58,965 bases of DNA. It comes from Candidatus Ryanbacteria bacterium RIFCSPHIGHO2_02_FULL_45_17b (GTDB taxonomy: Bacteria; Patescibacteriota; Minisyncoccia; Ryanbacterales; 2-02-FULL-48-12). Shown here piece by piece: positions 1-8,210 of this stretch. The translations under genes were made by a program, and so were the position numbers. The stretch spans positions 67,847 through 126,811 of the forward strand of contig MHNO01000010.1 of the NCBI GenBank assembly GCA_001819815.1. Direction: 5' to 3'. The first letter of the stretch is position 1; each line of letters starts with the position of its first letter. The notes beneath the pieces were generated by a model. It was not told the origin of the DNA. It saw only the letters and a list, made by a program, of their open reading frames with translations, and ran no database searches.

Positions 1-67
1 TTGTGTTTGTGTATACAAATCGATAGGATGTCATCAGATGAGAGGAATACATGTGTTTCGTAATTCA
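1..67. repeat. Copy A, cut by the window edge, of a dispersed intergenic repeat that matches 45259-45325
   Basis: By-eye alignment gives 60/67 identical bases. A 38-bp core (30-67, GTCATCAGATGAGAGGAATACATGTGTTTCGTAATTCA) is perfectly identical. No reading frame is conserved between the copies. Confidence 0.8.
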
Positions 68-343
68 CGGTATCTTAAAAAGCGATAAAAGTCCATTGCA
101 GAATTTTTGAGCGAAGTCCGCGCGGATTCCTCCCCCCAACCCGCACAGAAAATCAGCCAAGGTTTTGCGAAATCCTTTTCCCCAGAAAAATAGTTTTCGC
201 AAAACCGAGTCCGAATTGAAGCCCCGCCATACTGCCTGAATACTTGGAAGGCAGAACCCTAAAGAAAAATGTCCTTTCCATTTTAGAAAAAAAATCACCC
301 CCGCGAAAAATCTTAAATAACAGGCAGCTCTCACAGAGCTACA

Positions 344-375
344 ACGACCCGCCTTTAAGAGGTCGTTTTTATTTT
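344..375 (+). terminator. Intrinsic-terminator-like hairpin with a T-tract on the + strand
   Basis: ACGACC (344-349) pairs with GGTCGT (361-366) around an 11-nt loop and is followed by TTTTTATTTT. The T-tract is on the + side only. A second small hairpin, AGCTCT/AGAGCT, lies at 326-340. Confidence 0.4.
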
Positions 376-640
376 ATCGGCGCAGTTGTACGCCAACTTT
401 TTCAGCAATTTGTTGAATCCAAACTTCGTGAAGCTTCATTTCTGAAACAAGCAAAGAATATTCTTGTTGTAAACTTTCATTTGCTTTAACAAGCTTGTCT
501 ACTGAAATCGCAAGTGATTGCACTATTTCTCGTAAACCAGAGACATCTTCTTTTAGCTCTTTTACATCGTGATGAATTGGAACAATCTCCGATTTTACGA
601 TTTTTTGAATTGCCTCTAAATCCTGTTGCGTGAGCGTCAT
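374..640 (-). CDS. Hypothetical 88-aa coiled-coil protein
   Basis: Complete ORF with a heptad-like, charged sequence (MTLTQQDLEAIQKIVKSE...). A good sigma70-like promoter lies immediately upstream. No family was recognised. Confidence 0.5.
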   Translation of the reverse strand: MTLTQQDLEAIQKIVKSEIVPIHHDVKELKEDVSGLREIVQSLAISVDKLVKANESLQQEYSLLVSEMKLHEVWIQQIAEKVGVQLRR

Positions 641-646
641 AAGTCA

Positions 647-675
647 ATAGTATGACCTGTCTGATATGGTGTCAA
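647..675 (-). promoter_or_regulatory. Sigma70-like promoter for the 88-aa gene, giving a near-leaderless mRNA
   Basis: On the minus strand: TTGACA (675-670), a 17-nt spacer, then TACTAT (652-647). Only 6 nt separate the -10 box from the ATG at 640. Confidence 0.45.
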
Positions 676-795
676 ATGGTTTTTCAAAGTAACTGCTCAC
701 AAAGTTGAGTAATCAGCATTTTCTGCATTTCCGGATGTGCCGAACCGATCCGGCTCGTGTTCTTTTACAAAAATTTGCTCATCATTAACAGTTTA

Positions 796-828
796 CCCTT
801 ACCATCTGTGGTAGGGGCTTTCTTTTTT
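796..828 (+). terminator. Strong intrinsic terminator on the + strand with no annotated + strand gene upstream
   Basis: CCCTTACCA (796-804) pairs with TGGTAGGGG (809-817): 9 bp including one G-U, with a 4-nt loop, followed by CTTTCTTTTTT. Confidence 0.5.
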
Positions 829-881
829 ATGAGCGGGCCGTCCCTTTGGGGCGATCCTCGCTCAATTTGCGAAGCAAATTG

Positions 882-952
882 AGCGGGTAGGGGGAATCGG
901 ACCCCCGTCCTTAGCTTGGGAAGCTAATGTACTACCACTGTACTACACCCGC
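882..952 (-). tRNA. tRNA-Gly (anticodon CCC)
   Basis: The reverse complement folds as a cloverleaf: GCGGGTG acceptor, GTAC/GTAC D stem, TTAGC-TTCCCAA-GCTAA anticodon arm, GGGGG-TCCGATT-CCCCC T arm. CCA is not encoded. The T-loop reads TCC rather than TTC. Confidence 0.85.
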
Positions 953-964
953 AATATGATTCGG

Positions 965-1037
965 AGCCACCTCCCAGACTTGAACTGGGGACCTTACCCT
1001 TACGAAGGGTCTGCTCTACCAACTGAGCTAAGGTGGC
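965..1037 (-). tRNA. tRNA-Thr (anticodon CGT)
   Basis: Reverse complement: GCCACCT-TA-GCTCAGTTGGTAGAGC-A-GACCC-TTCGTAA-GGGTA-AGGTC-CCCAGTTCAAGTCTGGG-AGGTGGC-T. CCA is not encoded. Confidence 0.9.
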
Positions 1038-1120
1038 TTATAATATAAGAAAAAGTACCATAAACGCGTTATGTTGTCACGTTTTGTGGCATTTTTTCAT
1101 ATCCATGATACAATATACAA

Positions 1121-2213
1121 ATGAACAATACCCTTACGGAGCGAATCCATGGGTTGGCAGATATGGTCCCACAACTGCGGGACCGTCTTTGACATTGCGG
1201 CAAAAAAAGAAGAAATAATCCACTTGGAGCACGAGACGCGACAGGCGCATTTCTGGAACAATTCTCTTCATGCCGCGGAAATAACGGGACAGCTCGCGAG
1301 TCTTAAAGAGATGGTTGTTTTTTGGGATAACTTACTGGCGGAAATACATGAGCTTGCTGAGCTGGTTGAAGTGGCAGGAAGTGACTCGGCATTGCGAGAA
1401 GAGTTGGAAAAAAAGACCGCGGACGTAGAAGCGCGTTATCGCGTTGCCGAGACTGAACTTTTATTTTCAGGCAGATATGATCGTGGAGATGCAACCGTGT
1501 CTATTCAAGGCGGGGCGGGAGGCGAAGATGCGGAAGATTGGGCGCGCATATTGTTGCGTATGTATCATCGCTATTGTGAAGGACGCGGCTGGCAGGTAAC
1601 AGAGTTGCATAAACATGAAAATGAGACTGGTGGTATCAAAAATGTAACATTTGAGGTTTCGGGAAAGCGCGCGTACGGATATTTGAAAGGAGAACAAGGG
1701 GTGCATCGGCTGGTCCGTATTTCACCGTTTTCCGCGAAAAAACTTCGCCATACCTCGTTTGCTTTTGTGGAAGTATTGCCTGATATCGGAGACGCGCCTG
1801 AAATTGAAATTCCTCCGGAAGATGTTGAAGTTGAGTTTACGCGCTCGGGCGGCAAGGGCGGTCAAAACGTAAATAAGCGAGAAACGGCAGTACGCGTAAC
1901 GCATAAGCCCACCGGCGTTGCGATACGCGTGGAGACACAGCGTTCTCAAGGACAAAATCGTGAGCGTGCCATGAATATGTTGAAAGCAAAACTTTTCCAA
2001 TTACGTGAACTGTCGCATAAAAAGGAGATTGCGGAGCTAAAAGGTGCTAAGATAGCAATTGAGTGGGGAAGCCAGATACGTTCATATGTGTTTCATCCAT
2101 ATCAAATGGTAAAAGATCACAGAACGGGCGTGGAAACTTCGCAGGTGGAAAAAGTTTTGGATGGGGAGTTGGATGAGTTTATTGAAGCAGAATTAAAGAG
2201 TAATCACGAATAA
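1121..2213 (+). CDS. prfB: Peptide chain release factor 2 with a programmed +1 frameshift at 1190
   Basis: The SPF motif (RISPFSA) and GGQ motif ([12 protein letters not shown]) are present. Frame-0 leader ATG 1121 encodes [23 protein letters not shown] and ends in CTT TGA C (CTT 1187-1189, TGA 1190-1192). The +1 frame continues [13 protein letters not shown]... in the 1149-2213 ORF. Confidence 0.95.
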
Positions 2214-2294
2214 TGCCAATTTTAACGAATATACAAATAATAAATTTCCGTATTCGTGTTATTCGTTGTTATTCGCATTATTAGCGAGTACTAT

Positions 2295-2978
2295 ATGATT
2301 TTTTTCGACAACGTTTCAAAAATATATAACAAAAACTCCATTGCGCTTGAAGGCGTTACTCTTTCCATTGAACCGCAAGAGTTTATTTCTTTGGTTGGTC
2401 AGTCAGGTGCGGGAAAAAGCACATTGCTCCGGTTGTTGTTGGCAGAAGAACGGCCGTCTGAGGGAACGGTGTTTTTTGATTCGGTTCCCATACAAAACCT
2501 CCGGCGAAACGAGCTTATGCATGTACGTCGCCGCATTGGCACGGTGTTCCAAGATTTTCGGTTGTTGAGCCACAAAAACACGTATGAAAATGTGGCGTTT
2601 GCCATGGAAGTGGCAGGACATCCAGATGATATTATTCACGCGGATGTTCCGCAGGTGCTGGAATTAGTAGGGCTTGTGGACAAGGCATGGAATTTTCCGC
2701 ATGAGCTTTCGGGCGGCGAGAAACAGCGTGTCGCCATTGCGCGCGCCATTGTGAATCGGCCTGACGTGGTTATTGCAGATGAACCAACAGGAAATCTTGA
2801 TCCCATAAACACCTGGGAAATTGTGAAATTGTTGGGTAAGATAAATGAGCTGGGTACGATTGTTGTGCTTGCAACGCACAACCGCGATATAATCAATGCA
2901 TTAGGAAAACGCGTGGTAACTTTAGAAAAAGGGAAAGTCGTACGGGATGAACAGAAAGGACGATACGTGTTACAATAA
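2295..2978 (+). CDS. ftsE: Cell-division ABC transporter ATP-binding protein FtsE
   Basis: Walker A GQSGAGKST, signature LSGGEKQR and Walker B VVIADEPTGNLD. It is followed by ftsX. The start was moved to the internal ATG (MIFFDNVSKIY). Confidence 0.9.
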   Translation: MIFFDNVSKIYNKNSIALEGVTLSIEPQEFISLVGQSGAGKSTLLRLLLAEERPSEGTVFFDSVPIQNLRRNELMHVRRRIGTVFQDFRLLSHKNTYENVAFAMEVAGHPDDIIHADVPQVLELVGLVDKAWNFPHELSGGEKQRVAIARAIVNRPDVVIADEPTGNLDPINTWEIVKLLGKINELGTIVVLATHNRDIINALGKRVVTLEKGKVVRDEQKGRYVLQ

Positions 2979-3007
2979 TCGCTAATACGCATTTATATCT
3001 TTTGCAT

Positions 3008-3916
3008 ATGTTTATTAACCTAAGACGCGTTATAAAAACAGGCACGGTAAGTTTTTGGCGAAACGGGTGGATTTCGTTTGCCACGATTCTTGTTATGGTA
3101 CTTGCTTTGTTTGTGGTGGGGGGATTGATTCTTTCGAATGTTATTTTGACTTCCGTACTTGCTTCCTTGGAAGATAAGGTTGATATTACGGTATATTTTC
3201 GTCTGGACGCGCCGGAGGAGGACATTTTTGCTGTACGTGATTCACTTGAAGGCTTAGGAGAAGTGAAAGAAGTGGAGTATATATCTCGCGCGGAAGCGTT
3301 GGCGCAATTTCGCGATCGGCATCGGGAAAACGCTTTGATTACGCAATCTCTTGATGAGCTTGAAGATAATCCTCTGGGTGCGAGTTTGAATGTGCACGCG
3401 GGTGACCCGTCGCATTACGAGGCGATCAGTGATTTTCTTGAAGCAAACGTGCTTTCGAGTATACTCGATAAAATAACATATCGCCAGAATGAGCTTGTGA
3501 TTGATAGGTTATCTTCTATTTTAGTAACATCCCGCGACATAGGCATTGTGGTGAGTCTCTTACTTGTGAGCATTGCATTTTTGGTCGCGTTCAATACTAT
3601 CCGCATGGCAATTTATACAAGCCGCGAGGAAATTAAGGTTATGAAATTGGTCGGCGCTTCCAATTGGTATACGCGGGGGCCGTTTGTGGTTGAGGGGTTT
3701 TTACATGGCCTGTTTGGAAGCGTGATAGCCCTGCTTATATTCTTTCCTCTTACCTATTGGCTGGGGCCCCAGTCAGAAAAATTCTTCGGCGGACCGGATT
3801 TATACGTGTACTATGTAACTCATATCTTGGAATTGTTTCTTGTACTCTTTTTAGTCGGTATTAGTATCGGCATTCTTTCAAGTTCCATTGCCATCCGGCG
3901 CTACTTACGCGCGTAA
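3008..3916 (+). CDS. ftsX: Cell-division permease FtsX
   Basis: N-terminus FINLRRVIKTGTVSFWRNGWISFATI, a large extracytoplasmic loop, three C-terminal TM segments, and adjacency to ftsE. Confidence 0.85.
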   Translation: MFINLRRVIKTGTVSFWRNGWISFATILVMVLALFVVGGLILSNVILTSVLASLEDKVDITVYFRLDAPEEDIFAVRDSLEGLGEVKEVEYISRAEALAQFRDRHRENALITQSLDELEDNPLGASLNVHAGDPSHYEAISDFLEANVLSSILDKITYRQNELVIDRLSSILVTSRDIGIVVSLLLVSIAFLVAFNTIRMAIYTSREEIKVMKLVGASNWYTRGPFVVEGFLHGLFGSVIALLIFFPLTYWLGPQSEKFFGGPDLYVYYVTHILELFLVLFLVGISIGILSSSIAIRRYLRA

Positions 3917-3942
3917 TCAGTCGTAAAAACACCAAAAAGAAA

Positions 3943-3971
3943 ACCACCGAACTATACTCGGTGGTTTTTTT
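3943..3971. terminator. Bidirectional intrinsic terminator between convergent genes
   Basis: ACCACCGA (3943-3950) pairs with TCGGTGGT (3958-3965). An A-run lies upstream and TTTTTTT downstream. Confidence 0.7.
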
Positions 3972-3980
3972 AAGACCACG

Positions 3981-4454
3981 TTATGAGCCATTTCTTTTTT
4001 CTTCTTCCGTGGGCATGGGCATATGTTCAAACGTGTCTTTGAGTATTTCCAACCTTGTCTCACCCGGTGTAAAAATTGCCACGCGCCAGTCTTCTAGAAT
4101 TACCCAAAGGTTGCTAGAATCATCTACATACCGCATAATGCAATATTGCATAAACGAGGTAAGCGCGCGGCGATCTTGCAATTCTTTCATAAATTCTTGC
4201 ACGGAAGAACAGTAAGGTGAACATCCGGGGTGTTTGTTTACATGCGTTTCAATTCTACTGTTTGCTTTGAGAGACAGGTTATGGTTTGCTGTTAAAATTT
4301 TCCGTAGCGCGACTGGCAGAGGTGCGCTCAAGACGACTCCTTTCGGTACAGGTCTTTGAGTCCACGGCGGCGGTATAGTATCAGGGAGCGTGTCAGCGAG
4401 GTTGAAAACTTTTTTAAACCAGGGAATTTCATTCAGCAGACTTTGAAAGTCCAT
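3981..4454 (-). CDS. Hypothetical protein (157 aa)
   Basis: Complete ORF with a terminator downstream. No confident family; there is only a faint resemblance to SMI1/KNR4-type proteins. Confidence 0.45.
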   Translation of the reverse strand: MDFQSLLNEIPWFKKVFNLADTLPDTIPPPWTQRPVPKGVVLSAPLPVALRKILTANHNLSLKANSRIETHVNKHPGCSPYCSSVQEFMKELQDRRALTSFMQYCIMRYVDDSSNLWVILEDWRVAIFTPGETRLEILKDTFEHMPMPTEEEKRNGS

Positions 4455-4616
4455 TATGCCAAACCTCCTTTGTATGTTTGTCTGAATTTAAGCGCATAAA
4501 AAAATGTTTGTAAAGCCATTGAATTTTGTCCTAAATGGAGTAGTATAAAAAATGCATTTCTACCATGGCGAAGTATTACCATAAGAGATGTTTTAAAAAA
4601 TAGTTGTCCGTAGAAT

Positions 4617-4690
4617 TGCCGGATCATCTAATGGTAGGATAGCGGACTCTGAATCCGTTCATCTAGGTTCGAATCCTAGTCCGGCAGCCA
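4617..4690 (+). tRNA. tRNA-Gln (anticodon CTG), CCA encoded
   Basis: TGCCGGA acceptor with U1-A72, GCGGA-CTCTGAA-TCCGT anticodon arm, CTAGG-TTCGAAT-CCTAG T arm, discriminator G, then CCA. Confidence 0.92.
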
Positions 4691-4728
4691 AAGTCAGTAG
4701 AGTATTATGAAGACTAATAAAATAGATT

Positions 4729-5352
4729 ATGAAACTTTTCCTTGCATCATCAATAGATAAAACCGCGACACTGCTCACACCCCTCTTATCAAAAGAGCCC
4801 AAGCTCACACGCCTGCTTTTTGTGGCGAATGCCGCCGATCCTTATACAGAAAAGTGGTGGATAGATTTGGATAGGGATAAGTTTATAGAGCTCGGATTTC
4901 AACTCACGGAAATTGATTTGCGACGTGTCTCGGCAGAAGAATTTTTGAAGATGTTGAACGAGTCGGACGTATTACATATTTGTGGCGGGAGTGTTTACTA
5001 TCTCATCAATCTTATTCGAGAAAACAATCTTGATAAAATTATCATTAATGCCGTCAAGAGCGAGAAGATAATATATACGGGAACAAGTGCTGGATCTATA
5101 ATTGTTTCTCGTTCTATTGCAGCTTTTTCTTACGACGAGGAGGAAAAAGAACATATACAGAAAGTACCGGACAAACTCGGTCTTGGTTTAATTGATTTCA
5201 CTCTTGTTCCTCATTGCAATAATGTTGATTTTATAAATGAGCACAAAAAAATAATCGAGCACATAACAAAGGACACTGATCCGCTTATTTTTCTACAAGA
5301 TAGTCAGGCTGTATTATTTGAAGGCGAGTCATTCAAAATCGTTTCTATATAA
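4729..5352 (+). CDS. Peptidase S51 (dipeptidase E-like) family protein
   Basis: HICGGSVYYL and the nucleophile-elbow motif YTGTSAGSII, with a length of about 207 aa. Confidence 0.7.
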   Translation: MKLFLASSIDKTATLLTPLLSKEPKLTRLLFVANAADPYTEKWWIDLDRDKFIELGFQLTEIDLRRVSAEEFLKMLNESDVLHICGGSVYYLINLIRENNLDKIIINAVKSEKIIYTGTSAGSIIVSRSIAAFSYDEEEKEHIQKVPDKLGLGLIDFTLVPHCNNVDFINEHKKIIEHITKDTDPLIFLQDSQAVLFEGESFKIVSI

Positions 5353-5364
5353 TTACCTCATCAA

Positions 5365-5532
5365 ATGAAACAAAACGGGTTACGCAGACCGGTGACGCTT
5401 ATCCATAAGGAATGTTTTCCAACACGGAGTGAAGCCTTGAAACGGGAAGCTGAAATAAAACGGTTGCCCCGAAAGAAAAAGATTGAGTTAGTAGAGAGTA
5501 GCATAGGTTACAAGATGTATCCCCGTGTCTAA
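5365..5532 (+). pseudogene. C-terminal remnant of a GIY-YIG (UPF0213-type) nuclease gene
   Basis: The 55-codon ORF contains RRPVTLIHKECFPTRSEALKREAEIKRLPRKKKIELV, which matches the C-terminal half of small GIY-YIG proteins. The GIY/YIG N-terminal half is absent. Confidence 0.55.
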
Positions 5533-5583
5533 ATCTGGTCGTATAATGAGAATTTTGGTTCTGTGGGCAGGAGCGTTCAGGGG

Positions 5584-5592
5584 TGGTATAAT
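5584..5592 (+). promoter_or_regulatory. Extended -10 element (TGGTATAAT) upstream of the VOC gene
   Basis: TG-G-TATAAT lies about 60 nt upstream of the ATG at 5652. A second TATAAT lies near 5536-5541. Confidence 0.3.
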
Positions 5593-5651
5593 CAACGTGG
5601 ATATGTAAAAATTAGATAACGAGTAAGCTTAAAAACTAGCATATAACATAT

Positions 5652-6089
5652 ATGGCGCGCGTAAGTACGTATCTTAATTTTCCTCGTTCAACCGAGGAGG
5701 CTTTTACTTTTTATAAATCCGTTTTTGGCACAGAGTTTGAGGGAGGTATCCATCGGATGAGCGAGGTGCCGCCGCAGGATGGCGCGCCGCCCATGGCTGA
5801 AGCAGATAAAAATTTAGTGATGCACGTTGCGTTGCCCGTGTTAGACGGACATATGCTTATGGGAACTGACGCGCCCGAGTCTATGGGGTTTAGGGTTGTT
5901 AACGGTAATAATGTTTATATCAACCTTCAGCCTGATACTAAGGAAGAAGCAGATCGCTTATTTACCGCGCTTTCTGATGGCGGCAAGGTAGAAATGCCTC
6001 TGCAGATGATGTTTTGGGGGGATTATTTTGGTTCATGCTCCGATAAGTACGGCATCAATTGGATGATTAATTATTCGTCAAAAGCATAA
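5652..6089 (+). CDS. VOC (glyoxalase/PhnB-like) family protein
   Basis: YLNFPRSTEEAFTFYKSVFG ... MFWGDYFGSCSDKYGINWMINY is typical of PhnB-like VOC proteins. Confidence 0.75.
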   Translation: MARVSTYLNFPRSTEEAFTFYKSVFGTEFEGGIHRMSEVPPQDGAPPMAEADKNLVMHVALPVLDGHMLMGTDAPESMGFRVVNGNNVYINLQPDTKEEADRLFTALSDGGKVEMPLQMMFWGDYFGSCSDKYGINWMINYSSKA

Positions 6090-6108
6090 TAATAAACTCC
6101 TATCAACT

Positions 6109-7230
6109 ATGCGAAAAAATATATTTTTAGTGTTGAGCTTTCTTGTATTGCCAGGACTGGTACTAGCGGCGGAGTTTCGAGGAGGAGAACATGTTTCTCT
6201 TAATATAGCAGAACGCGTTACCAATGATGTGTATCTAGGCGGCAGTAGTGTTTCAAGCGCGGGAATTGTTACCGGCGATGTAATTGCGGGCGGCGGACAA
6301 GTTCTTATAAGCGGTGATGTTTCAGGCGACGTGCTTGTGGGCGGTGGAAATGTGACCATTCTTTCCCATGTGGGTGATGATGTGCGCGCGGGCGGAGGCA
6401 CTGTTCTTTTGCAAGCCCGCATAGATGGCGACGCTATTATAGGCGGCGGACAGGTAACACTGGGCGGCGAAGGCGTGGGAGGAGATGCGGTAGTTGGGGG
6501 AGGAGTGGTGCAAATTGACGCGCCGGTATCAGGCAGTGTGCGCGTGGCCGGAGGTGACGTGTATATCAACGCGCCTATTGCCGGAGATGTTACCGTTAAA
6601 GCTGATATGCTAACGTTGGGGCGCAACGCAGTTATTTCGGGTAATCTTTTCTATAAGGCAACGAAGGAATTAACTCAGGAAGATGGAGCGGTGGTGCGTG
6701 GACGGGTGGACTTTCAACAGCGTGAACGCAAAGATGTGCCGCGCGCGCTGGTAGGAGCTTTTATTTCCATAGCGATGATTGGCAGGTTTTTAATGCTTTT
6801 ATTTTCTTCACTTCTTGTGGGTTTGAGTTTTCGTCGGTTTGGTAAAAAATTTATTGATACCGCAAGCGCAAACATGCTCGGAGAATTAGGGAAAGGACTT
6901 GTGGTATGTATCGCAACGCCAATTATTTCAAGTGTGTTATTTGTAACTATTATTGGTATTCCGCTTGGTGTCCTGGGATTATTGGGGTTTGTGATGCTGG
7001 TACTTGCGACGTGGATAGTAACGCCTCTGCTGGTTGGGAACATGTTTTTCCAGTATGTGCTGAAGAAGGAATCAGGGGTTTCCTGGCAGACTATAACCGT
7101 AGGGACGGTGGTCTTTAGTATGTTAGGGTTGGTGCCATTTATCGGATGGCTTGCGCAGATAATACTTCTTGTAATTTCACTGGGCGCGGTGTGTTCCACC
7201 AAGTGGGATATAGTAAAAGAATGGAAATAA
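6109..7230 (+). CDS. Membrane protein with an N-terminal signal peptide, bactofilin-like G-rich beta-helical repeats and a multi-TM C-terminus
   Basis: Signal peptide MRKNIFLVLSFLVLPGLVLA. Repeats of G-D-V-x-(A/V)-GGG-x-V occur between 6250 and 6620. There are 4-5 hydrophobic segments after residue 215. Confidence 0.6.
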   Translation: MRKNIFLVLSFLVLPGLVLAAEFRGGEHVSLNIAERVTNDVYLGGSSVSSAGIVTGDVIAGGGQVLISGDVSGDVLVGGGNVTILSHVGDDVRAGGGTVLLQARIDGDAIIGGGQVTLGGEGVGGDAVVGGGVVQIDAPVSGSVRVAGGDVYINAPIAGDVTVKADMLTLGRNAVISGNLFYKATKELTQEDGAVVRGRVDFQQRERKDVPRALVGAFISIAMIGRFLMLLFSSLLVGLSFRRFGKKFIDTASANMLGELGKGLVVCIATPIISSVLFVTIIGIPLGVLGLLGFVMLVLATWIVTPLLVGNMFFQYVLKKESGVSWQTITVGTVVFSMLGLVPFIGWLAQIILLVISLGAVCSTKWDIVKEWK

Positions 7231-7245
7231 CAAGAGTTCACAACT

Positions 7246-7638
7246 ATGTCTCTATCAGAAGAAGAATTCAGAAAAAAATTAACGGATGAACAATATAGAG
7301 TCTTACGAGAAAAAGGAACGGAAGCTCCTTTTTCCGGAAAACTCATTCACCCAAACAAAGATGGGTTCTATGCATGCGCCGCGTGCGGAAACCCGTTGTT
7401 TAAGGCTGAAGCAAAATTTGAATCAGGTACGGGTTGGCCAAGTTTTGATGAAGCATTACCCGGTGCTGTAAGAAATATTGAAGATACCTCTCATGGCATG
7501 AAAAGAACAGAGACGGTATGCGCGGTGTGCGGTTCGCATCTTGGACATGTGTTTGAAGACGGTCCTACGAAAACAGGAAAAAGATATTGCATGAATTCCG
7601 TGTGTTTTGAAGATGGTAACACAACATCGCATGAATAA
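7246..7638 (+). CDS. msrB: Peptide-methionine (R)-S-oxide reductase MsrB
   Basis: Two CxxC zinc motifs (CAACG, CAVCG), the GHVF motif, and the catalytic RYCMNS. Confidence 0.92.
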   Translation: MSLSEEEFRKKLTDEQYRVLREKGTEAPFSGKLIHPNKDGFYACAACGNPLFKAEAKFESGTGWPSFDEALPGAVRNIEDTSHGMKRTETVCAVCGSHLGHVFEDGPTKTGKRYCMNSVCFEDGNTTSHE

Positions 7639-8116
7639 AAAAATAGTGCTTGCAGGCGGATGTTTCTGGGGGCTTGAAGATTTGATCCGTACTCAACCCG
7701 GGGTGGTAGGCACTGAAGTTGGTTATACCGGAGGAGAATACAAAAACCCTACCTATGAAAATCATCCAGGGCATGCCGAGGCTGTGGAGATTGAATATGA
7801 CCCGTCAAAAACATCATATAAAAACCTGTTAGATTTTTTCTTTCAGATTCACAATCCTACTACGCTCAATCAACAAGGAAACGACCGTGGAACATCATAC
7901 CGCTCGGCTATTTTCTATGGAAACGAGGAAGAGAAAAAGGAAGGAGAAGATTTTATCGCCATTGTAAATAAATCAAAACGCTGGAAAAACCCCGTGGTAA
8001 CCACGCTCGAACCGCTTACTACCTTTTATAAAGCGGAAGAGTATCATCAGGATTATCTCCAAAAACACAAAGGCGGTTATACATGTCATGCCATCTGGTT
8101 TGACAGTTATTTGTGA
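7631..8116 (+). CDS. msrA: Peptide-methionine (S)-S-oxide reductase MsrA
   Basis: [14 protein letters not shown] active-site motif. The start overlaps the msrB stop in ATGAATAA. Confidence 0.92.
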   Translation: MNKKIVLAGGCFWGLEDLIRTQPGVVGTEVGYTGGEYKNPTYENHPGHAEAVEIEYDPSKTSYKNLLDFFFQIHNPTTLNQQGNDRGTSYRSAIFYGNEEEKKEGEDFIAIVNKSKRWKNPVVTTLEPLTTFYKAEEYHQDYLQKHKGGYTCHAIWFDSYL

Positions 8117-8210
8117 TGGAATGAACCTGTGATGTTAAACAGTCGCATGGGGAGTATTGATAGCTATTGCTATTTTTTTACTGATGGTGTATACTATGCC
8201 CACTACATAT

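Noticed and set aside
68-343. Possible RNase P RNA (AAAGTCC and ACAGAAAA strings) or SRP RNA (CAGCCAAGG).
   Set aside because: The P4-like strings are only about 60 nt apart and cannot pair. The region is too short for RNase P. No GGAA tetraloop or symmetric-loop context exists for SRP domain IV.
244-489. An 81-aa + strand ORF overlapping the 88-aa coiled-coil gene.
   Set aside because: It contains an intrinsic terminator (344-375) in its middle. The opposite-strand ORF has a promoter at the right distance and a more protein-like sequence.
1033-1218. A 61-aa ORF listed as a separate gene upstream of prfB.
   Set aside because: Only its last 24 codons (from ATG 1121) are real. They form the frame-0 leader of prfB, which ends at the frameshift-site TGA.
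6078-6626. A 182-aa Pro/Thr/Ser-rich minus-strand ORF.
   Set aside because: It is a mirror-image artefact of the Gly-rich repeat region (GGN codons read as NCC) of the 6109-7230 gene.
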